Notes: a model not told the origin generated them from the letters alone. A stretch of DNA of 64,000 nt from Nageia nagi (GCA_050084985.1 JBITNC010000001.1:141422001-141486000), one strand, 5' to 3'; positions 1 through 13,345 are shown, counted from the first letter of the stretch. A program made the numbers and translations.

Positions 1-651
1 GCTTATTGACTTGTTTCTCCTTCTTTCCCTTGATCTTCTTCTTGTCTCTACTGTGAGAGTAGCATTGGAACTTTCTCCTGTGGACTTTCTCCTCATGTCC
101 TCACTTAGAATTGTTCCAACAACTTTATCAAAGACCAAAACTGCATTAGAAGAAGAATTACTAATAGCCATAACAAAGCCATTCTAACTATACAAAAGTG
201 AACATAGAATTAATAAATCTCTTACTTCATCTTCAAATTATATCTTAACTAAAGTTAACTGATTTGTGATTGTGTTGAATTCATTAACATGGTCTTGAAC
301 GGAACTACCTTTATTCATTTTCATGTTAAACAATTTCTTCATTAAGTATACTTTGTTTGAGGCAGATGGTTTTTCATACATTTTTACAAGTTTATCCATT
401 ACTCCTTTAGTAGTTTTTTCACTAAAAATATTGAAAGCTACACTAGAACTTAAACAAAGTCTAACAACCCCCAAGGCTTTTCTATCCAACAAGTTCCAAT
501 CTCCATCACTCATAGTAGCCGTTTTCTTACTCTTATCTTCTAGAGGTTGATAGAGATCCTTTTGGTAGAGGTAGTCTTCCATTTGCATTTTCCAAAATTG
601 AAATCCTTGCCAATTAAATCTTTCCACCTTTAGCCTCCCTTCTTCTGCCAT
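1..651 (-). pseudogene. gag: copia gag, interrupted by in-frame stops
   Basis: ORF 238..651 MAEEGRLKVERFN..FWKMQMEDYLYQKDL..KLVKMYEKPSASNKVYLMKKLFNMKM. It reads on past the stop as FEDEVRDLLILCSLLYS*NGFVMAISNS. Confidence 0.9.
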
Positions 652-1443
652 AGTGCTCTTGTTGGTTCCAATCTACAAACAAGATTCACCAACAAAATCC
701 CAATAAAACAACAATCTCTAATACCACTTGTTAGGATTCAATAATTTCATATAAACAAGAGCATCAATAATTATCCTACTCCTTGGCAAAAAAAAAAACA
801 ACATTCAAGCATACTGAAATCAAACAACTATGAACATCAGTCACACAATGAGAGACACAAGAGATAACGTGGTTCACCCAATGTAGGCTACATCCACGGA
901 GAAGCTTTCAACCCTTTTGCATAACATTCTTCCAAGTCCTCCAAGCAACAAACTAGTAGCACAACCTTGCTACAACCTTCACTTTGGAGCTACAATAAAG
1001 CCTCACTACAATCTCTCTCTCTCAGGCTATCTACATAAGCCACCAAACTATAATTACAAGCAACTCACAACTGCTGCTAAAACTACTTACAAACTTCAAT
1101 CTATATGCCTCAACTCAAGCCTCTTATTTATAAATACAAACAAACCCAACTTAAACCCAAGCTAGATCTAGAAGGTCATGAGGTTACCCCCAACCCTTTA
1201 GTAACTCATATCCAAGTGTCATGGCTTCTTGGCAACTGAAATTTGGTGTCAAATGAGAAAAGAAATGCTCTCTATTTTAGCCGATGCCCTATAGACCAGT
1301 TAGCTTTATCAGATCAATATCCTTCAGATTAGTTAGCACTAGCAGGCCAATCTCTTAGCTGGTTGGCCAGCCGGCTGGCCGATTGGTCAGTTCTGATAGG
1401 GTCTGGCCGGTTGGTTGGCTAGCTTTAGTCTCCATTTTCAACA
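1..1443 (-). mobile_element. Ty1/copia LTR retrotransposon (Tnt1/Tork-like), 5' part; continues left of the window
   Basis: 5' LTR 729-1443 (minus strand TGTTGAAAAT...TCCTAACA), tRNA-Met PBS TGGTATTAGAG at 716-726, then gag. The LTR retains CG/CCGG sites, so it is relatively young. Confidence 0.92.
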
Positions 1444-1749
1444 ATAAGGTCACATAAACATACATACAAGTATATAAGCATAAGAACATCATCATAGCTA
1501 TAAATATGAGGTCCTATACATAGGTCCATACACATGAATCTATCACCATACATATGTAATCATAAACATCATATATAACATCATAATACCATACATATAT
1601 CCTCCATAGCATATCATAAACCAAATATCATACATCCATACATGATCAAAAGTACATCACATAGTCTCATGACATATACACATCCCATACAAAATTGCAT
1701 CCATCAGCACCTAACAAAATCAATGTCAAAATTATGTCAACCCTTGCCA

Positions 1750-4600
1750 AACACCCTCAATCCTATGGTTTATGACCCTATCTAGGGGGAGTGGGTATCT
1801 CCCTTGATCCCTCTATTTCCCTTGATGGCCCCTCTACCTTGAATTGTCCACCTAGTACTTGAGGTACTTTAAATGTACCCTCTTGCATCCCTACCTAGGT
1901 AGACCTACTACTACTAGGTCTCCTAACACTCTATGTAGTCATAGTGGTATGGGTGTATGTATGGCTCTATAATTGGCTACATCCACTTGACATAAGCTCT
2001 ATTGGTACTACCCCTACATTGACTATCTACTCCTTGAAGGTGATATCCCTAGCAGCCTCCTTCTACCATAGCTCCCACATGGTCTGATACTATTGGGGTG
2101 GTACCATCACCTCTCTATATACATCCTAGAATTTATTGGTACCCTTGCTATCGCCTTCTCAATCTACACACTTGCTCCATCTATGGGACCTGTGTCCCCT
2201 AATCATTACAAGTAACTATGTTTTCCATTGATCCTCTTCCTATGTAGTCTCCAACTATGCTCATAGTCCATCTAACTATGCTTGTAGCACATCTCTTTGG
2301 TCCACTTCTATATCCCTCTCAAGTCCCACTACATCCTTATGTGAAACTATGACATCTCTCTCAATGATTAGTATATCTTGCTACAATAGGACCACATCCC
2401 TCTCCCCCTATACTTGATCCCACTCTACTAGTATCCATGCATTGTATACCTCTTGTGTAGTCATGAAGGCATATAATGTTGCATCAAAATCCATAGGATC
2501 AATTTCCATCATTGCTATATCAACCATGGGCTCTCCCTCCTATGTTGCCCCTCTGACAATTAGGGGTACACCTATTCTAGGTGCTCCTTTGTCTAATTTT
2601 TCTATTGGTGTTGTAACTATTCCTTTTGCTTATGTTGGCCTCACTGGTTCCATTAGAGGTTATTCTTGAAGCACTCCCCTAATCATCTCCCACTTGCATT
2701 GGAGTTCCCACCATCTATCATATTTGTGCATCATCCCAACATCATCTACATCTAGGATCACCATCAATACATTGGGAGCATCATCTAGCTCAATATAGTG
2801 CCTCCATGGAAAGTACACCTATGCCTTAATCCACCTATATAGTTGGGTATTTGAAGGAAAATCCTACTAGATCTTGTGTTGATGGGTGACCCTCTCAAAT
2901 TGGAACATCTCTACATATTGGGACCACTTCCTAAGCACATCATGAGATTGACGTATGCACACTAGCTACTCAGCATCCTTAGCCCATATTGAGCCTCCTC
3001 TCTATGGTTTGTAAATAACATCATTTGCTCATAGTATGGTCCACTTGTTGTGGTGCAAGGTATACATCCCCTCATACAATTATCTCTTGGGCAACTTATG
3101 ATCTCTAGCCCATTGATGAGCATAAGGTAGCTCCTACCTGGTTATGGGCACCTCTAGGTCCACCTTTACAAGGTTATGGATATCCTATGGTAGGTTGTAG
3201 GGCCATGCCATATGAACATGCTCTCATACCTATATGTTGTAGAATGGCAAGTTCCCATGCATATACTATGCCCACTCTACCTCATTTTTGGTCAATGAGT
3301 TACTTGTATGTCTGTTGTAGAATGGCAAGGTCCCATGCATATACTATTCCCTCCTTTGTGATGATATTGACTATGTATAATAGGTTATAGGGAATCCTAA
3401 TACCATTTTTATCTAGGATTAGAAAGTCATTGATGATCATCATGACCATTTCCTCCTATAAGTTGATCCACCCCTACTCATATGCCTATGTATAGTGGAC
3501 ATTACCATGGTCAATGCTGATTACCTACCATCCCTCATTGAACATCCTCACCATAGTCTGGCTATGTGACATCATTGCTATCATATACATACCCTCTATT
3601 AGAACACAAAATATCTTATACATGTCCTCCAATATGATCATCATTTCCCTAGTAGGGAAATGGAAGGTGTTGTACTAGGAATCCCAACTCTCCACCAATG
3701 TGTACATGTACTCCTAGTCTACAATCATGATGCTCAACTCAACCTTGTTGTGCTTACCAACCTAACTAACTCCAACTATATCCAATCACCCTCATCCAAG
3801 TCTCTACTTAGATAATAGATTATTGACTTAAATTTGTGCCAAGTCATCACTTATCACTGATGCAAATAGGTTTTATGTTAGTTATATTTGTCCAAGTCAA
3901 TATCTATATTTTGCTAAGTCAACCGTCTTGCTTTTAAGTTAGCCTTCATTTTACTCTATACTCTATGTTATCTTATATTATGTTTCTTTATTATGTCATT
4001 CCTAGGGTCTTGTATCATGTTTGTGTCATTTCTTATCTATCCCTTATCAATTTTTTCCTATGTTCCCTAATTGATCTATAGCAGGTTGGTTAGGTTAAAC
4101 AAGCTGGTACCATGCAAACCATCTAGCAAATTGGTTGGATGGTTGGCTGACTAGTCTTGCATCTTGTTAGCTAGGTCCTAGCCAATGGGGTATCAGCTAG
4201 TGGCATAAAACTCACTACCCACCTCAACAAAAACCTATAAACATCCATGTAAATGAGTCCTAAAGCTAAATTATACTTTAGTAAAAATGTTCTATATGTC
4301 CCAATAAATTATTTTGACTTTAAATTCACATTGTTTGCTTCATTGTTTTATGCAAATTATGATGCCTTAGGGTTTAGTTTTCTATACTACATTTTGCCAT
4401 TTTTACTCAATTTTAATTGTTAAAAATAAAAATAAATTGCATTTTATCCACTAATCCTACTAGTCTCTACTTAGGTACTATTTCAAAATCTCAAATGGTT
4501 AATTTTGGATCTACTTACCTAGTTTTGTAGGCATTTGCTTCCTCCTTTTGGTGATCTGCATGATGGGTCCTATCCATTGCCTACGACTATTGCCATCATA
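1750..4600 (-). pseudogene. Plant mobile domain (PMD, PF10536-like) gene remnant with C-terminal coiled coil; putative intron 3857-4518
   Basis: Minus-strand translations: TLVESWDS*YNTFHFPTREMMIILEDMYKI (~3610-3700), VYAWDLAILQQTYK*L (~3300-3345), DVIYKP (~3005-3022). These match PMD motifs LVERW..TNTFHLP.GEMTITLED, Y.WG.A.L and V.WRPY. Outer ends approximate. Confidence 0.85.
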
Positions 4601-5174
4601 TCTAGTCACTATTGGTCACTCTCAAAGCTCATAGAGAACAAAATGATATCACCCTATCAAATATCTATTCTCATGAAGATAGGTGTTTAAAATAACAAAA
4701 ATAAGTTAGCTTTTTTTAATTTTTTAATTTTATTACCCACGCATTTTAGCCATCTGAACAACTAACTAGCCATCCTATCGGTTAGTACCAACTAGTATGC
4801 AATAGACTAGTTAGGTATTTTTATGTCATTTTCACCCATTCCTAATTAGTTTCATTCAACCTCTTCACTTCTTAATCAAAAATATGGTTATGGCTCTTTT
4901 TTTGAACCTCCTCCCATCTTCCCACTCAAGGAGGATGTAATCACTCACCTCTCTCATAATCCCAATCATGCTATCCTATTAGGCACCACTATAGGTGTGA
5001 CCAATCTTTCACAAAATTAGCAATTTCATATTGCATTTTATTTTATTTACTTTATCATACCTATAATCTATCATTTAACATGGCATGTTGTTCAGACATT
5101 GCATAGCTACATGTTGTGATTGAACATCTGGTAGGTCTATGAGCCTATGCATGATTATTTTGACTGTATCATTA

Positions 5175-5428
5175 TCATTTATCCTTTGACTACTAGGGTA
5201 AAGTAGAATCATATTACCATTAAAATTTTGGGGTAAAGTAGAATCATTTTACCCTTTAATTGCTAGGGTAAAGAAGAATCATTTTACCCTTTAATTGCTA
5301 GGGCAAAGTAGAGTCATTTCACCCTTCAATTGCTGGGGCAAATTAAAGTCATTTTACCCTTTGATTGTTGTGGAAAAAGTAGAATCATTTCACTCTTTAG
5401 CTACTAGGTAAAATAAAATATCATTTTA
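5175..5428. repeat. 35-bp tandem array, ~7 copies, with internal 8-bp inverted repeat
   Basis: Consensus TCATTTTACCCTTTAATTGCTAGGGTAAAGTAGAA. The register recurs at 5196, 5231, 5266, 5301, 5336, 5371 and 5406. Confidence 0.95.
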
Positions 5429-6861
5429 TTTTTATTTCTTAGTTGTACAATATGATTTTTCAATTTTATTTTAGGATCACTCACTTTTTAGCTCTATCAC
5501 ACCCCATCATCTTGAGTATTGACTAGTTATAGCATGAAAGTGTTGGCATTGCAAGGTCCTATAGTCATAGGTACTTACCTATATCATAGCTCATCATGTT
5601 GGGGGGTACTAATTGGTTACATAAAAATAGTGTTTGAACCATAAGGTGTTATATCCATAGGAACACCTTTATGTGATTGTGTCACTTATAGCATAGTTCA
5701 TCGCATTGACAGATTGGTTACGATATAATAGTATTGGCATTGTAAGGTATTATAGCCATATGTACTCTCAATACATTGATGTTGATTTTATATTATCACC
5801 ATCACATCATATACACTTCACCTATTTTTGTACCACATTTCTCATCTTGCAAAATCTTATTTCATATCTCTCAAAAATTGATAAAAAAGGGCATCTATAG
5901 ACACTTAAAAATTATTCATTTACCTAGCTTGGGTGATTCATAATGATTTGGTATATCTTTTAGCTTATCATGGTCCTATCATCATATCATCCTATTTGGA
6001 CTATGCTCACATAGCCAATTTTGGTAACTTAGCCTCTTGTTACCATCTTGTTAAGATTGACCTTAACCAACCTATCGATTAGGGGATTGATTGATCGATT
6101 AGGTTTAAACCCTAATAGGCCCACCAGCTAGTTAATTTTGCCTCTTGGTAAATCACTTTGTCCAAAGGATATCTATGAGATCCTATTATCTTGCACACTC
6201 CATACTATGTACTCAAACCTTTCAGCTATATACCTTCCATTTCGAGCTTCATCCATCATTCAAAGGCATAAAAAAGAAGATTCTTATCTTAACCTTGCAA
6301 GGGAATATTGGGTAACTCTTATGGATTTGGATTTTATGGTATTAATCTCTATTTCAAGTGTTTTTTTAGGTTTGAGAAGATATTTAAGAGCACTTAATCA
6401 TATATCCTTTTGGTTTTATTACTAATATATTGGTGCATGGTTGCATATTAGCCCTTCTAGGTGCATATCTTGTAGACTTAGGCTAGAATAGGTTATTTCA
6501 TTTTTATCTTTAGCTAGATCATTTTAGGCTTATGTTATCTTGGATCTGAAGCATCATGCTATTTTCTATTGACTTGTTGATTAAAGGCTTGGAGGTTTAC
6601 AATCCATCTAGCTATCTTTGCTTGATTCTAGGGTCTCAAGGACCTAGAACCTAGAAACCTCCTTTTATCTCTTGTTTTACAAGTTATTTGGAGTCTTGGG
6701 TATTTCATAAAAGGGAAATTTCCTAAACTCTAACTCTATTTCATTTTATCATAACTATCTAATGATGTTTCAAGTAGTATTTTAGATATTACAGCATGGG
6801 TATTACAAAAGGGATAGGCCTAGGTATGGGGTCCCTTAGTTTCCCTTTTTTGTAGCCTACA

Positions 6862-7926
6862 TCAAGAGCATTGGGATGTTTCGATGGGCCTTCTCTCTTA
6901 CACAACCACCTTCTCCAATGCAAAACAAAAAAATGAATATGAAGACTACCCAAAAAAAAGAAACGCATGATAGGGGGGAGGTGGTGGGCCACCCATGGCA
7001 ATGGTTGGGGGTGGAGCCACCCTTAATGAAGTTTTTATTATTATTATTATTTTTAACCACTTACATCTTTGTAAAAAAATATTCAATGTAAAATATATAT
7101 ATATATATATATATTTACAATGATTTTTTTGGTAAATTTATGTATTGAAAAAAAAATAACAATAAATTTATATTTAATACTATAAATAAGTTTTGCATTG
7201 TACAAATACAACAAAAATAAATTGTACAAATACAATAAAAAAATGTAGTCTTAAAAAATTTATTTTTTTTCCTTAAAAAATTGTAATATTTGCAAGTGTT
7301 TTTTGAATAATATGTGAAGCAAATTTCCAAGAAATTTCTACTTAAAAAAAAATGTAAGTATAAACAAATCAACATATTGTTATTTTAAGTACATGTTCAA
7401 AAATGATTATCAATCAATATGTTAGTAAGAATTGAACAAAAGCTCAAAGAGGAGGAGGGAAAGAAGGCATATCTTAATGAAGATGTTACCTCATAAAAAA
7501 GGTGTAGGAAGATTGTCCCAAGAAAAATATATTACCAATTGAAATGAGAAGAACCTCCTTTACCCATGATCAACCTTGAAGTATCCTCTTCTTAATCACA
7601 ATGAAACTTGCACTATAATAATACAAATATAATCTCATTCATAAGGTGACACTATCAAGTATAGTGATTCCTCTCAAGGATGAGAGTACTCCACTTTTAC
7701 TAAAGATATTTACTTATCAAAGATAATTCTTACAATGTTTACAACCTCTCTCTCATATTATCAACCCACAAAGCATGAGCATAATGTTTCTCTATTCAAG
7801 TGTGTCTAACAACAAGACCAATTCCTCTATTTAGAGGAGAGAATCCCACCTTAACTCACCTTTTTACCAAAGGTTTACATGAGGCAAGAATGGTCAAGTT
7901 GTACTTAAAAATTCTAAATTCTAACA
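6862..7926 (-). mobile_element. Element F: 5' LTR (~7540-7926) plus leader, related to the element at 33005-37611
   Basis: Reverse complement starts TGTTAGAA and shares blocks with LTR 37163-37611 (AAGGTGGG, AAAAGTGGA.TACTC, GAGGAA.CACTATAC, AAGGAGGT). A degenerate PBS TGGTAAT lies at ~7531-7537. Confidence 0.6.
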
Positions 7927-9649
7927 ATTTCATGAACTATTTCATACATGAATTCCTTTTCTAAACCATCATTGAAATGACTTACAGAACAACTTAACCA
8001 AAATATACTAGTAGACAAAAAGATTGACATGAAACTAATAACTTGACCATAAAGGCATGAAAACTAAAGACATAAAAAAATGATGATTAATTATATCTCC
8101 AACTAACAAAGGTAATAAGCAATGGTTAATTATGCCCCCAACCAACAAAGGGGTTATATTTAATGCATGATGCAACCTAAGCTATATGAAGATGTATAAC
8201 TAACCTATATGAGAATGCAATTCTAACCTATATGAAAAAGAAGGGAAATACTACCTAGCAAGTATCCTTGCAAAATATAACTTTGATTTTTATTCCCTTT
8301 GAATGAAGCATCCTTTCTTGAATCTTCAAACTTAGTAGAATGTGGTAGATAGGTAGAATCATTTCATTTGACCATATTTAGAAATGTGTGAGTGGTCCTT
8401 CTAGGAAAACTATTGATATGTGTTTTGGTATCAATTAGAGTTTTGGCCTAAATGAACTAAATACACAAAAATGTTTATGTATGATCTATCTAAGCTAATT
8501 GAAATTAAATAAACATATATAAATAAGTGAATATAATAGTGTAGTAATAAAAATAACAAATAACATTTATGTCAAGATGCAAAATAAGCTACATGCATTA
8601 AAGAGAAAGGAATCAAGTGAAAGATAAATACCTATGTCATGGTCAAGGATATGATAGGAGAACTTGTCAAAGAGTAGTGACCTTGCTATGAAAACTCCAA
8701 GGCTAAATATATAAGGAATAATATAATAAGTTCTAATTTACAAGAGCTCAATGCAATCATGAACATCAATGTGGGTGCTAGCATTTTTAACAAATGAGGC
8801 TCACCAATAAGGATCAATGATAACAAATATGATGAAAAGTTGAACTAAGCATATGATCATGGAAATAGATAACAAATATTCACTCAAGTGATAATAAGAT
8901 TCCAATATCAATAGGTGGCATTTAAAAACACCCAAGTGTATCATACTAACTATCAAGATGTAATCTTGATATGATTTCCCTAGGTTAGAGATAATTACAT
9001 TTATATCAAGTGTGAGATCACCATTTGATCCCTTGAGTATTGGTTGAAGTTGTACAAATGTACCTAACATAAACATAAGAACACAAGTTGAGAAATATGT
9101 GATAATAAGGGTAAAAAAATGACTAAGATATGATTAGATATGTATATAAAGTTGCACCTAAGTGGAACCATATTAAGGAGACCACTTTTAGGTATTAACA
9201 GATACCCCTCTTTGTAAGTATAATGAAATTGAATCTTGAAATAGCATTGTGCTTACAAAGGAAGTAAAAGAAAAGAGAAGAAAAAATTGACACTTTCTTG
9301 GTTTAGCTTTTCAGGTCATCAAGGATTTTATGATGTATATTTCCTTCTCTTTGCCCTTGTTGTGAGATGTAATGGCTTGCATGTAGTAGAATCAACCAAT
9401 AGCAAAGAATGAAACTTGAAAATGAGAGGAACACATTTCTAAGAACATATATGATTATTAACTCATAAAAGATATAATAGTGATAATAAGAGTAACATCA
9501 TAATATTTCTTCAAAGGATATAACAATAATAGAGCAAGTATGAAATTAATATAATGTGCATATATCATCTTAAAAATACCAAATATATAAATACACAATC
9601 TTTCATTATTATATGCATACATAAGAAAATATGATAAATGTGTGTCCAA

Positions 9650-10025
9650 ATCATCATGGGGCACATGTACCATTCCTATATGGAACACATGTAATTAAAA
9701 TCATATATATTAACATCATCATGAGGTACATAACCCATTTATAGATTCAACATATGTATAAGAAAGAACTACATGATGACGATTAGTTGAGATCCAACCA
9801 ACAAAGGTGACTCAAGTATATGGTTGGTTTGAATAGTTCCCAACTACACTATATGACATATCATTCATTGTCATGAGGTACATGCCCCATTCTTAGATAT
9901 TTACATGATATGATATCATCTTCATGAGGTACAGGTCCCATTCTTAGATGTGATTTGAACATGATGGTTAGTTGAGACCTAACTAACAATGGTGACTCGA
10001 TGATGATTGGTTTGAATATTTTCTA
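9650..10025. repeat. Degenerate direct repeats in the 3' non-coding region of element B
   Basis: TCATGAGGTACATxxCCCATT.T.AGAT x4 (~9654, 9719, 9871, 9922). GTTGAGA.C.AAC.AACAA.GGTGACTC...TTGGTTTGAATA x2 (~9787, ~9972). Confidence 0.75.
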
Positions 10026-10699
10026 AATCATGCAAATGATTAAATGCAAAGTATGGATAAGGATATAAATACTCCATATATATTATTTACTATGCTGATT
10101 TATTATGATTTGACCTAATTTATGCCTTTGTATCCTAGCATCTATGCTAGCTTCAATATTGGTGCTAGCATAGGAGGATTAGATGCTTGTGATGTTGAAA
10201 TTGCAACATATAGCATGAGATATGAATATGTAATATATATTTTTATACCTAATAAATGATTATAGAGTGCTTAATTCTTTGAAAAATGTGTTGGACCCAA
10301 GAATGAATGTGTGAGGAATGTATCCTTCTTCAATTAAATATTTGTTCATCCCTATAAAAACTTCATTCTCCATGATATATTAGTCCTATATTAATTTTTA
10401 AACCACATTTAGCTAGAGGTTTCATGATTTCCAAGGTAAGGAAGTGGAATTTAAAGAATGGTAGTGTAGTCATTGATGTCTAGTGTGGATGTTAATATCA
10501 GTATATACATGGAGGTTTGTAGAAAATTTGGTCATAAAACTTTTTGATAATGAATTTAGTTAGTGTGATAATATGTAATTTAATGGGTTGGCAAGGCTAA
10601 AGGCATGAGGTGGCTATCAATTATCACTTACCTCATTAACTTATCCTAATTTGATTTTAAATAGGATCAAATGGAGTTTATTTGTTATTATTATTGTTT

Positions 10700-13250
10700 G
10701 TAATATGAGATCTAATTTAGGAGGAGTTTGGTGATCCTAGTGAGATGAATTTGAATGCTTTGGATGATTGACATTACAAGGTGAGTGGTTTTGTATGTGA
10801 ATAGGAGTAATTTGGTTTACTTTTGTTATTTTTGGCAAAGTTTTTGACCTACTTTTGGATTTCAAGATGAATATTATGGAGTAAGACAATCATAAGGCTT
10901 ACCTCCTTTGAAACAATAGGATTTACACACATGTGGTAAGTGTCAAGAATCGTATTTTACGATTTTTCATCATAATTTACAAGATAGGCTAAGAAAATAG
11001 GCAGAATCATATGGATACATAAGGCTAGGATTTTTACACCTAGGGATACCATGAATTCAATCTTAAAGGTCATTTTAAGGGATGAAACTATGTTTTTAGA
11101 CAATAGAGGAAGTAGTAGGATTTTGCTCCCAACTTTTGAGAAAAATGGTTGCAAAAAGCTTAGTGTGGGTGCTAACATTAGTGCAAGCATTGGAGTGGTA
11201 GAGTGAGTTCTAGGTTAGGGAAAGTTTTTTATAGCTATGGTTATTATTAATGTGTCTAAAAATAATGTAATAACTTTTTTTTACCATGATTTAAATGAAT
11301 TTTCAAAAGTTACTAATCACATACCTTTGCATTTTTGATTGTAGTGTTTCCAATTCTTGATGGAACTTAAGACCATATCTCATAGTTAAAAGAGATGCAT
11401 GGTATTGAAGGACAATCTTATAGATGATGAGGTTGGTGTGCTAATACATGTTGACATGGGATACCTTCTTCACCCTATATTTGTTTGAGTAGCCAAGGAG
11501 ATACTCATATAATTAATATACATGTAGTCTAAGAGGACCAATACTTTCCACCTTCCTATGAGGGAGATCATTATCATTTTAGAGGATATACATAGGATCC
11601 TATGAGTGCATATAAAAGGGTGACCCATATTATTTAAGAAGGGTATGATAAATGCATAATGAAAGGATTTATCCAAGTGGCTTACTAGACTTGAGGAGTA
11701 CCATGAAGGCAAGAAGGGCAACCAAATTCATCATGCCTTCATAGGTAAGATGATGAGATTTAGGAAAGTTTGGTTGATTATGGATGTATTAATAGATAAT
11801 ATTATCTATCATGAAAAGAATCATGAGATTTTCTCACTTGGTTTGATACACATGGTGTATGAGATGACTCAAAATCATTGGTATGCTTGGGATCCCTATA
11901 TCATATCCCAAATTTATCATGATTTGAAGAATTTTGTTATGATGTAAAAGAGTAGTAAGAGGGTAGCACATCGATTTTTGCTTTAGTATTATTCATACAA
12001 ACATATCATACTAGTTTAGTCCAAAGAGCTTCCTATACATAGTGTAACTCTTAATCATCCTACTTGGTATCAATGGGCTTGACTGGGTAAGATCACATGG
12101 GTCAATAAGACCAAAAAAGCATACCTAAAAATGATTTATGGGTTGATGGAAGGTAAGCAATTTACCATATATGCTTTAGTTTTTGGTTTGGTTTATTTTT
12201 TAAGAGAGAAAATTGACATATAACTTTGGTTTTATAGGATATGTTATTTATAGACCTTATGCAGGTTGGCCTTATTGGTAGAATGAGCTAAGGGGTGAGT
12301 TAGATTGGCAAAGGAAACCATAATACATTCAAACAAGAAAGACATTTATAGGGTCTAATACACCTAAGAGGGTGAGAAGCTAATTTAGATAGAGGTAAGG
12401 CATTCCTTTGAAATACAAGTTTGTTATATGGATAGGGAGGTATAGGGAACATGATCTTAACTATGGGTTAGGGAGTGATTCAAATGATAAGGGAGTTAAG
12501 GCATCGAATGGGACTACTTTTGACTAGGAATATTTGACATGGTGAGCTAGAGCTAGACCAAATAAACTTGGTTTGTAGGGTTTGGAGTGTTTGGAAGAGG
12601 CAATTAAGGGTGAGGCTAATGGGGAAGAGGAAGAGGAAGAGAATAATGAGGAGGAAGAAGAGAAAGATGTGTAGATGAACAAGCCACCACAATAAGAGGA
12701 GTAGGGTGGATGGGATATACCCATTGGGATTCCCATTATGAATATCCAACATTAACTTGAGAATGAACTGAGTAACTATGCTTCCTTATGTACCTACAAG
12801 TTGGTACATATGTAAAATAATATGACTAACTTGTATGCTTTGTTTTGATCTTACAAATTAAACAAAATTAGACCTAGAATTTGAGGAAGAAATAGAAAAA
12901 CAAGCTAAGGATACATTATCTAGCCTAAAGAAGGAGAATTATACCAAGGTTGAGGAGATATAAGGATTGAATATTAGACTTGTAGTCTTACAATAGAGTG
13001 TGTAGACACTATGAAAGATGGAAGATGATTCTTAGGATAACAACATCCCATGGATCAAGTTCTAAAGCATAATAAAAAGATTAAGGTCTTGATAAATGAA
13101 AAGGGACACTTGTAGGCTCAACTTGTAGCACTAGAGGAGAAACTTGGGTTAAAGAGGCCTAGATTGAGTAGGAAAACCTCTAGATATAAGATTTTCAAGA
13201 GTCTTAGGAGTCATTGTGGTACCAATAGCAGTGTTAGTATAAGAAACTAT
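10700..13250 (+). pseudogene. PMD gene remnant, antisense within element B; putative introns 10781-11344 and 12153-12237
   Basis: LIYM*SKRTNTFHLPMREIIIILEDIHRIL*VHIKG at 11513-11620. Splicing 12153-12237 gives MIYGLMEG-YVIYRPY. Acidic run EEEEEENNEEEEEKD at ~12624-12668 and a coiled-coil-like tail at ~13095-13145. Confidence 0.85.
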
Positions 13251-13345
13251 TGTAGACTTGGTTGGATGAGTGGATGTATTTTGAAAAGATAATAGAAACT
13301 ATTGTGGACTTGGTTGGATGAGTGGATGTATTTTGAAAAGATAAT
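13242..13345. repeat. 52-bp tandem duplication with 1 mismatch
   Basis: AGAAACTATTGT(A/G)GACTTGGTTGGATGAGTGGATGTATTTTGAAAAGATAAT at 13242 and 13294. Confidence 0.95.

Larger units (their letters stand above)
1444..6861 (+). mobile_element. Element A: 3' part of a Tat/Ogre-like Ty3/gypsy with antisense PMD gene, tandem array, PPT and 3' LTR
   Basis: PPT-like AAAAAAGGGCATC, then LTR 5896-6861 (T[G>A]TAGACACTTAAAA...GTAGCCTACA). PMD remnant lies on the opposite strand upstream. Confidence 0.75.

Noticed and set aside
5196-5410. Telomeric or telo-box repeats
   Set aside because: The motif is TTTACCCT/AGGGTAAA, not TTTAGGG or AAACCCTA.
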